From assembly GCF_006345805.1 (NCBI RefSeq), contig NC_042997.1, forward strand, positions 117,428,001-117,492,000: a stretch of DNA of 64,000 bases, in the 5' to 3' direction. The stretch is from Octopus sinensis (lineage: Eukaryota). A program made the translations under genes and the position numbers. How positions within the stretch are numbered: the stretch's first letter is position 1; the number at the start of each line of letters is the position of its first letter. The notes beneath the pieces are model-generated. The model was not told the origin of the DNA. It saw only the letters and a list, made by a program, of their open reading frames with translations, and did not search any database. Shown here in pieces: positions 37,721 through 49,695 of this stretch.

Positions 37721-38902
37721 AATATGAACATAATAATAAATTACGATGGAACACAAAAAAATCTTTATGGAATTTCCAGTTTTATTACGAAAATTGTGAT
37801 AAAAGAACTTTTGAAAAAATGGTAATTACATGAAGATTTTTCAATGTTTTGTAAACAAATACTGTAACATTTTTGAAAAATATATCTTCATTTTTAATTA
37901 TTTTTTTATAACAGTCCAAAAACTATTTAGTGGATCAGTAGAAAATATTAGTAAAAATCTTACCTTGTCATCTGAACGATATTGAAATCTTTGAGTAAAT
38001 ATATATCATCATTTTTTATTTATATTTTATAAATGCTCTCAAGTTATTCAGTGGACCAAGGAAAATATTAGAAAGATAAAAGCTGCCATATTTGATGAAC
38101 CGTCAATTTTCGGCAGTAGAATGAAGTTTCATTTTAAAAAAATATTACTAATATTTCAAATTTGAATACATGCCTATATACCGAGGCAGCAGCAGACTTA
38201 TGTATAAATATATACGCACATCTATATGGAACGCGATATTCCTATGTGTGTACGTGTGGTTGTGTGTGTGTGTACGTGTACGTGCGTGTCTGTATAGGCA
38301 CATATTTCCAGAAATACAGACATGCTTACGTTAAAAAACAATTTTAGAATGACTTTATCTGCCAAAACGCTAAAAATTAACTGACCAACAATAAAAAACA
38401 ACCAAGATTCAACCAAATCAAAAAATAAACCCAAATACTAAGTAAACAAAGATGAACCATTGCCCTTCCATTGCGCGCGCACACGCGCACACACTCACAC
38501 ACACACACACATTCATACACCCCCTTTTAAATACACACATATATTCACACAGATCTGAAACGCTGTTTGATTTATTTTTCAGCGTACAATTTTCATCAAC
38601 CCACTACCAAGTATGACATCACTTCTTCCTTCCTTATTCATCTATCACCCCTTCCTTCCTCATTCATAAACACAAGAGTATTATTATAGTAGATTTTCTC
38701 GGTAACCATGGGAACTATGAAAAATACAAAGCCCAGCATCACCACCGGATCATTCTACACATCTGTGTAATTTTTCGCGCAATTCCACCAAGCCGTGAAC
38801 CCCAAGAACAAGAAAGAATAGCCCATATCAAATTTATATATATAGATATATATATATGTAAATATCTACATGTACATATATGTGTGTGTGGGTCTGCGTG
38901 TG

Positions 38903-38934
<32 letters not shown>

Positions 38935-38993
38935 ATTATCCGCTAGCCTCTAAAGCTTTTTCTTATTATCTCACTGTTTATTTACTCGTGTTC

Positions 38994-39029
38994 CTTTCTG
39001 TTGAAGAGCGTAGGCTCGAAACGTAAAAG
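38994..39029 (+). ncRNA. Minimal type I hammerhead-like motif, CUGUUGA core
   Basis: cttt-CTGTTGA-a-gagc gtag gctc-GAAA-CG-TA-aaag. Confidence 0.55.
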
Positions 39030-39142
39030 ACTTTCTCACATTCCCGAACGTTAAGCTGATACACCTGTTTATTGTTTATACACCTGTCTTCGTCTTTTGT
39101 TTTTCTGACGCCATACTGAAGCACCGCCCTGATATATATATA

Positions 39143-39190
<48 letters not shown>

Positions 39191-39514
39191 CCTTCTCCAG
39201 CCATCCCTGGCTCATAGGGCCGGTTTCCCGATTTCCTTGGACGGAACGCCGGTCTGTCGCAGGTGAGCTGCAAGATGCAGGAGCAAAGAGTGAAAGAAAG
39301 TTGTGGCGAAAGAGTCAGAAGAATTTCGCCATTACCTTCTGCCGCATGGAGCTTAGGTGTTTCGCTCACACATCGCCCGGTCTGGGATTTGAACCCGCCA
39401 TCCCTCGACCGAAAGTCCGCTGCTCTAACCACTAGGCCATGTGCTTCCACATATACATACATACATGCATACATACATACATACATACATACACACATAT
39501 ATATATGTATGTAC

Positions 39515-39572
<58 letters not shown>

Positions 39573-39583
39573 TATATATATAA

Positions 39584-40090
39584 TCACGGCCAACAATAGA
39601 CTTAAACTTAGAAATAACAGCATTAATAGAAGTTATAATATAGCTGACCATAGCATGAAGAATAATAATAAGCCTGATATTAGAAATAGAAAGGCTAAAC
39701 CTGGAAACAAAACATGTAATTGTCGTAATAGAGAGCTATGTCCCTTGAAAATATTCTGTTTAAGGAGAAATGTTGTATATAACGTTGAGGTTTCAACCCT
39801 TAATGAACCTAAAAAGATATACATAGGATGTACGACTGATTTTAAGATTAGATATAGGGCACGCACAAATTCATCTATCAATCCCGAAACAAGAAATCCA
39901 ACCACACTAGCTACCTGCATCAATAAATTAAAACTGTGCAATAAAGAATTCAGTCTAGATTGCTCTATCATAACGAAAACCACACCATATAATCCACACA
40001 CTAAAAATTGAAATTTATGCGCGATGGAGGCGATCCAAATGCTCCGTGCCAACTAAAAAAGCTTGCTTAATAAGATAATCAGCCTATAAG
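39584..40090 (+). pseudogene. Penelope-like element GIY-YIG endonuclease remnant
   Basis: CNCRNRELCPLKIFCLRRNVVY...KIYIGCTTDFKIRY...KN*NLC: CCHH motif plus GIY-YIG. Confidence 0.85.
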
Positions 40091-40167
40091 TATTTTAATC
40101 TAGTCACAGTTCATATTTTGGATTCATCTTAAAATACTATTGTATATATCGTCGTAATGTATCTTAA

Positions 40168-40627
40168 CCCATTCGTGCCGGTCGTCCGTTGAAACTGACT
40201 CTTAATTTATAAGGGTATAAAACTTGACGCAAATTCTTATTTGTGTATGATCTATATCAAAGAATCTAACATGTTCTTAACGCGTATGCCGTCTGTATCA
40301 AACGGATTTCAATGAAATATTTTTCAGCTACATTATTTACATTTCATGGATATTTGTCTTCGTTGTGTTTGTTATTAACACAACGTTTCGTCTGATACAC
40401 CCTCCAACCTTCACGAAGGCTGGAAGGTGTATCAACCGAAACGTTGTGTTAACAGCAAACAAGACGAGGACAAATATCCGTCAAATGTAAATAATGTAAA
40501 TAATGTACATAAGTCCTCATCTCTTAAATATAGAACTGTATTTTTCAGTTGTTATTTAGGTCAAAATAATAGTACCTGCGAATTTTCAAGTAATTTCATT
40601 CACTAGAAAAATTTCGGCATGAATGGG
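40168..40627. mobile_element. piggyBac-type MITE
   Basis: TTAA|cccattcgtgccg ... cggcatgaatggg|TTAA. Confidence 0.85.
40328..40538. mobile_element. Fold-back insertion of the hammerhead element, 10-bp TSD
   Basis: Inverted arms meet at about 40406; TSD tatttttcag at 40318-40327 and 40539-40548. Confidence 0.8.
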
Positions 40628-40740
40628 TTAACCTGTAACTTTAACTCATTATATCATACACATGAACAGCTAAGCATTCGTTTTTAAAAAATTCTCCAAC
40701 TTTTCAAGACTCCTAAAATTTTAATAACTCTTTGAATCTC

Positions 40741-40829
40741 TTAACTCTGATGAGGGAAGTATGGATAATTGCTATGGTTGGAGTTAGCTCACCCATACCA
40801 ACCTATATTTTCCCGAAACAGCCGTTAAA
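40741..40829 (+). ncRNA. Degenerate hammerhead with long stem II, downstream of the PLE ORF
   Basis: CTGATGA-gggaag...ttttccc-GAAA-cagccgtt; stems I and III imperfect. Confidence 0.5.
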
Positions 40830-42177
40830 CTTTACACTTATTCAGGATTCCTCTTAAATTATTTTATACTTTTTTTATACTCATTGATTCTAATTCGGAC
40901 ATTCAACCTTGCAAGTACATCTATGTATTTATATTTATTTGTTTATATGTTTATAAATTTTATAGATTCATGAATTTTTATATATTTATAAATCATTGTG
41001 TATTCATATATTTATAAATTTTAATGAATTTTTGTCATGTCCTTATATGTGAACGTATCTATGTATATTTTGGAGAATTTCGACAATTTGAAATGGATTG
41101 AATGAATACATACAAAGAACTTTGAAATTTGCTTCGCTCCTTATTTTGACTTTCCTGAAGCTCCATTACACCACTAATTAGTTGAGGTGTATAAAGTGGG
41201 CAACTATACCATTTTCTTCTTCATTATTCTATATATATATATATATATTATATATATATATATATATATAGTAATTTAAGATAGGTTGGGTATATAATAA
41301 TACCACTTATTAAAATCAGAGCCGTTGCTCCAAAAACCACCATAAAAATATGATAAAGATACACACGTGCAATGAACATTTCAGAAACAGGTTTACCTCT
41401 GCTTTGAATACATAGATAAGTAATACATATTTCAATATCAATTGATTTCATGCTGTGTTGCGATCTTAAACAGTATTCAACGTCTATTTCTAAAATATTC
41501 ACTACGCTACCTCGTGTGCGTTCTTTACTTTAAACGTCCCGCTCCGTTTAAAAGAAACTATCGTAAGCAAGAAAAAATTTAATAAAGTCGTATTATTACC
41601 GTTATTTACAGTAATAATGTGTGTGTGTATATGCATTTTCGTCGGAAAGAGAACAGACGTATAAATAGTCCAACTAGAATAAAGTCTGTCGACATTGTTC
41701 TCTGTGGATGGTGGTGATGAATTTTCAACAAACTTTTAAATCCGTTCCATATCATAAGACAAGATTTCTTCGTGGATGCAATGCATAGTTTCTGTTTATG
41801 TATAACACGTAGCTATGGTAGTATGCCTTGTGTGATGTAGTATAATTCACTACGTTCTCTCGAGCTTCGAATCCAACTCCATGTTTTCTTCATCCTGACA
41901 ACAAAAATTTTCAAAAAATTAATGATAAATCAACAAACAAGGAATCTACTTGATTACTCGAATAGCTGAAAATAGCACCCAAATATCCTTCTCATACTCT
42001 ATCATCTTTATAGAAAAAAAAACAGGGAAGAAATACATTTGATAATACAGATCTAGATACACTTGACTTAATAAACGGATGGTTATTTCGTTCGTGCATA
42101 TAAAGATTAGATACATGTAGAATGTTATATAATTTTATTTCAGAGCAATGGACATTAGTTGAGTCAGCAGGCCGTTC

Positions 42178-42228
42178 TTAAATTCTTTCGTCCTTGTTAC
42201 TGCTATTTCTGCTCCTTAACGATGCATT
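42178..42228 (-). CDS. SLC5 symporter, probable terminal coding exon (NASLRSRNSSNKDERI*)
   Basis: Pyrimidine tract and CAG acceptor, phase 0 matches the previous exon, AATAAA at 42134-42139. No homology support. Confidence 0.5.
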   Translation of the reverse strand, partial: NASLRSRNSSNKDERI

Positions 42229-42673
42229 CTGTAGTATGAAAGAAAAAATTAATTCTCTGGACACTATTGTCTTTGAGTCTTAGCACTCAAAGGACCGGCT
42301 TCTCGGTTTCCATGAAGTATAAGTGACCGAGATTACAACTTTCCTCTTTAATTGGTGGCCAATCCGTTGTAGAGTTACTCATTTACAAATGAGCAATTTG
42401 AAATGAAGTATTGTACTCAAGAACACAACGCACAATACATCCATCCATACTTGAATATTTGCTCTTTTTCTCTCTCTTTCTCCCTCCCTCTCTTTCACTT
42501 TCTCTCCTCCTCTCTTTCTCTCTCTCTCTCTCTTTCTCTGCTCGTGCAATGTTATCAACATAAATATTGGTTTTTACATAGACACAAACCCACAAATTCT
42601 GCGAAGATAGTTGTGAACCTCAATGTATGACTGGTATTTAATTTATCGATGAATGAGGAATAAAAAAAAAGCA

Positions 42674-42863
42674 CAGTTCTATATTTAAGAGATGAGGAAT
42701 TATGTACATTTATTTATATTATTTGCAATTGACGGATATTTGTCCTCCTCTTTTTTGTTGTTACCACAACGTTTTGGCTGATATACCCTCCAGCCTTCAT
42801 CAGGTGTCTTGGGGAAATATCGAACCTGGATTCTCATTCCTAAGGTATTTTTCGATATTATTA

Positions 42864-42902
<39 letters not shown>

Positions 42903-43976
42903 TATTATTATTATTAAGTAGTTTCATATTTATAGCGTGCTTTCACTTCACTACCGAGCGCAGCTCTGTGTGCCTTGGGTATGTGCTGTGATTTGTTGTG
43001 ATGCTCTGATGGTTACTGTATTGAAAGTGTTCTGCGTAGGATGTGTGCAGTGCTTAGTAGTGCAATTTTCTGTATGTTATATGTGTTTGTAAGTCCTGGT
43101 GTTTTTGTTACGTATTTGTCTAAATATTTTTTTATCATGCCTAATGTACCTACTATGATAGGAATTGTTTCTGTTTTTAGATTCCACATTCGAGTTACCT
43201 CTATTTCCAGGTCTTTGTATTTCGAAAGTTTCTCCATTTCTTTTAGAGACACGTTGTCATCTGCTGGTATTGATACATCAATTAGGAAGCATTTTTTCTT
43301 CATGATCTCTGACAACTATATCTGGTCTGTTGGCTTTAATTTCTCTATCTGTGTGTATTAGCATATCCCAGAGTATGGTTGCTTTCTCGTTTTCTGTGAC
43401 CTTTTCTGGTGTGTGCCTATACCGTCTTTTTTCTGTTGTTATTCCATAATGTTGGCATAGCTTCCAATGTATGTAGGTTCCAACTCTGTCGTGTCTGTGA
43501 ATATATTCCTTCTTAGCCAGGACTGGGCAGCCAGAGATAATATGATTTATTGTTTCTTGTCCATCTCCACATATTCTGCAGTTACTTGTTATATTTCTTT
43601 TCATTACATGTTTTTTGGTAATTTCTTGTGGGGAGGTTTTTGGTCTTGTGCAGCATTTAAAAATCCCTGTCTCTGCTTTGAGTCCTGAGCTTCTCAACCA
43701 ATGCTGGGATTTTTCTTTGTCTAGTTCTTTTGCATTTAGTTTAGTCCAGTGTTTGCCATGAAGGGGCTTTTCTTGCCATCGTTTAATCATGGTTCGTTGC
43801 TGCTCTAGTTTTAGTTTGGATTTCATTTGTTTTATAGCTTTTGTTGTGTTTTCTTATTATTATTATTATTATTATTATTATTTGTTAGGTGGTATGATTT
43901 CTTGTTTGTATTTGTCAGCTTCCTTAAATACTTGTTTTGCTCGTGTTTTGACGCTATTTGTATCAGTTTTCCTTGC

Positions 43977-44012
<36 letters not shown>

Positions 44013-44066
44013 TCACTGCCTCAGATCGAACTCGGAATCTTGTGGTTAGTAGCCTGCGGTCTTAAC
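42674..44066 (-). mobile_element. tRNA-head/(TAA)n/hammerhead element, complete 3' end, interrupted by Dong/R4
   Basis: Head 44008-44066; hammerhead 42764-42808 (GAAA changed to AAAA); 3' end cctcatctcttaaatatagaactg is identical to the end at 40538. Confidence 0.75.
42917..43978 (-). mobile_element. 5'-truncated Dong/R4-clade RLE retrotransposon in (TAA)n
   Basis: CRICGDGQETINHIISGCPVL...HRHDRV, ANRPDIVV, FLIDVSIP, KEMEKLSKYKDL; (TAA)n on both sides. Confidence 0.9.
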
Positions 44067-44131
44067 GTAGTGGTTAAAAATGCGGGCTACTAACCCCAAG
44101 ATTCCGAGTTCGATTCCAGGCATTGACCTGA

Positions 44132-44174
<43 letters not shown>

Positions 44175-44322
44175 CAACAACATTGAAGAATACCTTAGGA
44201 ATGAGAACCCAGGTTCGAACTTTCTCCAAGACACCTGATGAAGGCTGGAGGGTATATCAGCCGAAACGTTGTGTTAATAACAAACAAGATGAGGACAAAT
44301 ATTCATCAAATGTAAATAATGT
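44067..44322 (+). mobile_element. Inverted arm of the tRNA-head/(TAA)n/hammerhead element
   Basis: A box tagtggttaa, B box gagttcgattcc (44067-44132), (TAA)n 44133-44172, then the hammerhead. Confidence 0.8.
44230..44275 (+). ncRNA. Type I hammerhead ribozyme, intact core
   Basis: gacac-CTGATGA-a-ggctg(gagggtatat)cagcc-GAAA-CG-TT-gtgtt; predicted cleavage after 44270. Confidence 0.8.
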
Positions 44323-44939
44323 AAAAAAAACAGTCGGCATTTGAGCTCTGAACTAAGTAAATACAACATAACATTTAATGTCCCGTTCTAACGATTTTGA
44401 CAGTCCATTTCGCTTTGGAAAGATGGAAAAAATAGACGACATAATTATGAATGAAACTTATTTTATTGATCTCGGGATGAAAGATAAACATAATACCGGC
44501 AAGATTTTACCCCAGTCTTCGAAATGCAGTTAATGGTGACTTCAATAACGTTGTCTCAAGGGCATACATTTTATTGTGGAGGTGAAATCAATAAAACCGA
44601 CCACAGTGTTTTACTGGTTTGGCAGGGGTCGAATATTGAAGGGTAGATGAAGGTAACTAAAATATAATACGGCTTCACTTTCCCCTTTACTAGTAGTATT
44701 CATGCATTATGCAAAACTACCAGAAATAAAATAGAAAATAAATAGCTTTCTGATTCTTCCTTTTGGATGAAAAACGTAGATGACTGAAATTTTAACTGGT
44801 CCTTATTTAATCGACCTCAAAGTGAAGACAGACAAAGGTACTCTACAATCGGTGTGTGAACCGAAGTACGTAAAATGTTGTAAATTCTACAAAATATTGT
44901 CTGACATTCAACTAATTCTATTAATCACTGACCCTTGCT

Positions 44940-45350
44940 TTTTATTTATTCCATCCATCCATTTGCTCCACTCACTATTCCTGGAAGAGTTGTTAGGGTA
45001 GTCGTCAGGCACCCTCTTCCATAAGGTTCTATCAGAAACAAACGTCACTACACTTTTCAGCTGAAATCCCACGCGTGACCAACTGAATCTATGCATTTTG
45101 TCAAACCATCTCATTCTTGATCTGCCCCTAGGTCTCCTGCCAGTTGGCTCAACTTGAAGAATCTGTCTTTTGATTCTTCCCTGTGATATTCCAATTATAT
45201 GTGCCTAGTATTTTACCTGTGACCCCAATACGAAGTAGTGGCTCAACTTAGGGAGACTCCCTGATCTCCAAGCTACGCACCCTGTACAAGTAACGTTACT
45301 CAAGAAATCCTTCGGGCGATTCCCATTTCGACCGCATATATTCACGATCG
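44940..45350 (-). mobile_element. RTE-clade LINE 3' fragment
   Basis: KRQILQVEPTGRRPRGRSRMRWFD...DRTLWKR. Confidence 0.7.
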
Positions 45351-45431
45351 TACTCTTTCAGTCATTGTCCAACATGTGTAACGCTTCTTTTATGATTATT
45401 TATTCTTCAAATAGCCAAAACGTTTTCTCAC

Positions 45432-45553
45432 CTTTATTGTTGAAATGGCTCTACTCCGAAATTTCTTCCGTGCACTGGATGGCAAACAACAGCAAACTTT
45501 CTCACATACAGGAACAACGTATTTTTGGTTAACTTCATGCGGTTTGTAGAAAA
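45432..45553 (-). CDS. SLC5 symporter exon (FYKPHEVNQKYVVPVCEKVCCCLPSSARKKF...)
   Basis: AG/GT boundaries, phase 1 to 0 consistent with neighbours, CCCLP tail motif typical of invertebrate SLC5. Confidence 0.85.
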
Positions 45554-46160
45554 CTAAAATAAAATATTGACGAACGTTTTGTTATGTGTCCTATGAATGC
45601 TGTATAAATAACTTAATAAAATTGGAATGAAGCGATTTAGTGATTCTATATAACTTATACTACAGCAAAGTATTTTAAAGTCTATAATGACTAGAAAATA
45701 TCAATCTCAAATTATTTTCATAAAAATCTGAGTTTTATGGACCATTTTTCCTCCAGTCCTCAGCTTCACAATCAATTCGCAAAACGAATTATTATTCACT
45801 ACGATATCTGCTTCTTGTGTTCATCTTTGAAATAGTCCATCTCTTTCTTACTTCTGGTATACATTAAAATAAACAAGTGTAATTTGTTCACACTTCGCAA
45901 AAGCATGGTGTACGCGCATTTGGAAGAGAGAAATCAATCTGAAGTGTCATCGCAGCAAGTGTAGGATTCGTTACAACTACAACCACCACAACATTGTGTT
46001 ATTGCGGTCATCACTAAGATATTTCAAGATAACTAACGCTGGCTTTTGAAGGTGTATTGCTAGGCAAGTGATGTAATCTGAGACCGTATCTTGAAACTGA
46101 AACGACCGCAGCATGGAAGATACATATTAGCCATTCAAAAGTACATAATGTCATTAATTT

Positions 46161-47707
46161 AAACGTTAATGATTTGTAGGCATGGGGTATTTCATTATGC
46201 AACCATGGTATACTATAAGGTACATTAAATGTTTTTTTTATAAGTCAACACCACGTCCTACTGCGTTAGAAGTGCTCTTTACATTAGTTTGTTCAGGTTT
46301 TTTCCACAGAAATTATAGCCAGCGCCGACTTTTTGCTACAACGTTTCGTATCGAGACGTCAGATGTAAACAATGAAAATTGAGGCAAAAATGGGTAACGA
46401 GTGTATATGCCATATTTCGGGGGGGGGGTGCTTTTAACACTGCTGTATGCAGTGACTATATTATTTCTTTACTGCCCACAAAGGGCTACAAACAGAGGGT
46501 CAAACAAGGACAGAGAAATGGATTAAGTCGATTATATCGACCCCAGTGCGTAACTGGTACTTATTTAATCGACCCCGAAAGGATGAAAGGTAAAGTCAAC
46601 CTCGGCGGAATTTGAACTCGGGACGTAACAGCAGACGAAATACTGCTAAGCATTTCGCCCGGCGTGCTAACGGTTGGGTGGGGGCACAAACACAGACACA
46701 CACAAACATATACACACACGCACATACATATATACGACCGGCTTCTTTCAGTTTCCGTCTACCAAATCCACTCACAAGGCTTTGGCCGGCCCGAGGTTAT
46801 TGTAGAAGACACTTGCCCAAGGGACTGAATCCGGAACCATGTGGTTGGAAAGCAAGCTACATACCACGCAGCCACTCCTGTGCTCACTCATTTTGTCTTC
46901 GATCTCATTGTTTGTTTACATCTGACGTCTCGATACGAAATTTTGTAACAAAAAGAAAAAAAATCAGTGTTAGCTATAATAACGTAATACTGCTATATCC
47001 AGTGGCTATATAAACAATATGTTCGGAGACAAGAGTGGATAGATGGGTGCTGATGAAATGGCAAAAATCCCCGAAATGTGGCAAATATATTCATAACCCA
47101 TTTTTGTCTTCGGTCTCATTGTTTGTTTACATCTGACGTCTCGATACGAAATTTTGTAACAAAAAGAAAAAAAATCAGTGTTAGCTATAATAACGTAATA
47201 CTGCTATATCCAGTGGCTATATAAACAATATGTTCGGAGACAAGAGTGGATAGATGGGTGCTGATGAAATGGCAAAAATCCCCGAAATGTGGCAAATATA
47301 TTCATAACCCATTTTTGTCTTCGGTCTCATTGTTGTTTACATCTGACGTCTCGATACGAAATTTTGTAACAAAAAGAAAAAAAATCAGTGTTAGCTATAA
47401 TAACGTAATACTGCTATATCCAGTGGCTATATAAACAATATGTTCGGAGACAAGAGTGGATAGATGGGTGCTGATGAAATGGCAAAAATCCCCGAAATGT
47501 GGCAAATATATTCATAACCCATTTTTGTCTTCGGTCTCATTGTTTGTTTATATCTGACGTCCCGATACGAAACCTGAACAAAATTAATGTAAAGAGTATT
47601 GCTAACGCAGTAGGACGTGGTGTTGACTTATAAAAACATTTGATATACTTTATAAGATATTATGGCTGCATAACGAAATACCACGTGCCTACAAGTAATT
47701 AATGTTT
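46161..47707. mobile_element. Foldback/MITE-like element with internal 210-bp tandem array and nested SINEs
   Basis: 46161-46298 is inverted at 47570-47707; tandem units start at about 46891, 47102, 47313 and 47523. Confidence 0.65.
46465..46672 (-). mobile_element. SINE family A
   Basis: Consensus body and tail. Confidence 0.85.
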
Positions 47708-48280
47708 ACATACCGGCCACAGGAATGTGTTTAACATGTAAATTGTTATATCCAATAACTTAACACCGCTGTATGCGGTGGCTATGTAAGCAATGTGTTC
47801 GGAGGCGAGTGCTGGCTATAATTTCTGCAGAAATAACCTTAACAAAACAGCTGACTTGAACATGTATCATTTGTTATATGGCGTCAAAAGTTCCGTCGCA
47901 CGAACTGCGACCAGGTCACTGCAACCAGCACAGTATGTAGAAACGTTGAATCATTACAATGTTTTATAGTTATTCATTTATTCTGTTAATTGTTTCAGCC
48001 ACCTGACTGCGGCCATGCTGGAGCACTTCCTTGAGAGGTTTTAGTCGAACAAATCGACCCCAGGACATATTGCTTATTCTATCGTACTTATTCTATCGGT
48101 CTGATTTACCGAACCGCTAAGTTACAGGGACGTAAACACACCAACACCGGTTGATAAGCGGTGATGGGGGAACAAACGCAAACACAAAGACATACACATA
48201 GGTATATACATACACACATACATACATACATTCATACATATATATACATGTATATAAATATATGTATGTATGTATGTATG

Positions 48281-48343
<63 letters not shown>

Positions 48344-48721
48344 GCATATATGGGTACAGGACGTCACCAACGGTTCAAACATGAAATACGTAGACAAACG
48401 GGTTAAATACATAAACAACGAGAAAAAATGGAAAACAGGACAAGTAAACACAGAGAAGGGACCCTTCATCAGTTGTCAGCTCTCTATCTTCTCCTCATTT
48501 GGAGCATTCAACGACAATATGAGTCATCAAAGACAGTTGCTCCCATAAATTCTAAAATAAAATTTAGGATTTATGGAAGGTCTTAGTTGGGAACAAAAAA
48601 AATAGACAGATAGATATACGTGAGTCATCTAAGAGATCATAAGTCAAGGAAAAGATGCAATCGTATATCTGTCGGTATAGTAGGTATATTATCCGAAAAT
48701 ATAGTTTTAAGTATCCATCAT

Positions 48722-48807
48722 GGCTAATCTTACCAACCGGTTTCGCGTAAAGAATACAATGGAGTGTTAGGTCCGATTATATAACTTTACGCTCATCAGT
48801 GTTAGCC
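48722..48807 (-). ncRNA. Type I hammerhead with 8-bp stem II
   Basis: ggctaaca-CTGATGA-gcgtaaag...ctttacgc-GAAA-CCGG-TT-ggt..ttagcc. Confidence 0.75.
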
Positions 48808-48895
48808 GATATGTGACCGCTCTCTGTTCAGAGAGACATGAAACCGATTGGTAAGATCAGCCGTAATTGATACTTAATACTATACATTTCGGATA

Positions 48896-48950
<55 letters not shown>

Positions 48951-49321
48951 GGCGCGTGGCTCAGTGGTTAGAGCGTCGAGCTTACGATCGTGAGGTTGTG
49001 AGCCCGAATCCCGGACCGGGCTGCGTGTTGTGTTCTTGAGCAAGACACTTTATTTCACGTTGCTCCAGTTCACTCAGCTGTAGAAATGAGTTGCGACGTC
49101 ACAGGTGCCAAGCTGTATCGGCCCTTGCCTTTCCCTTGGACAACATCGGGGACTTGGAGAGGGGAGGCCGGTATGCATGGGCGACTGCTGGTCTTCCATA
49201 AAAAAAACAACCTTGCCCAGACTTGTGCCTCAGAGGGTAACTCTCTAGGTGCAAACCCATGGTCAGTGTCTGACCGAAGGGGGTCACCATCACCACCATA
49301 TATATATATATATATATATAG

Positions 49322-49357
<36 letters not shown>

Positions 49358-49477
49358 ATATATATATTATTTATTATTTATTTATTTATTTATTTATTTC
49401 ATCATGGTGAAATCCTTACACATCTTTTCTCACTCGATTTTTTTCATTCTCTCGCGGATTTTCCCCCCTTCTTAATC

Positions 49478-49513
49478 CCTTCTGTCGAAGAGCGTAGGTT
49501 TGAAACGTCAAAA
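49478..49513 (+). ncRNA. Hammerhead-like motif, CUGUCGA core (same family as 38994)
   Basis: CTGTCGA-a-gagc gtag gttt-GAAA-CG-TC; the downstream ~90 bp is homologous to 39030-39115. Confidence 0.45.
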
Positions 49514-49623
49514 ACTTTTCCATTCTTCCCGAGGGTTAAACTAATACACATGTTTGATGTTTCTTCACCTGTCTTCGTCTTTTGTTTTCTGTAAACTTGA
49601 ATTATATGCACACACACACACAC

Positions 49624-49695
<72 letters not shown>

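Noticed and set aside
38702-38715. RFX X-box-like palindrome GTAACCATGGGAAC
   Set aside because: Single short motif with no associated transcription start or exon identified.
41248-41502. Hydrophobic 84-aa minus-strand ORF
   Set aside because: No splice sites or homology; lies beyond the probable SLC5 stop and poly(A) signal.
45795-45860. Alternative SLC5 terminal exon (SKKEMDYFKDEHKKQIS*)
   Set aside because: Lies upstream of the well-supported 45432-45553 exon and its phase does not fit.
48360-48480. Second hammerhead (CTGATGA at about 48470, minus)
   Set aside because: GAAA and stem I partner are missing; remnant only.
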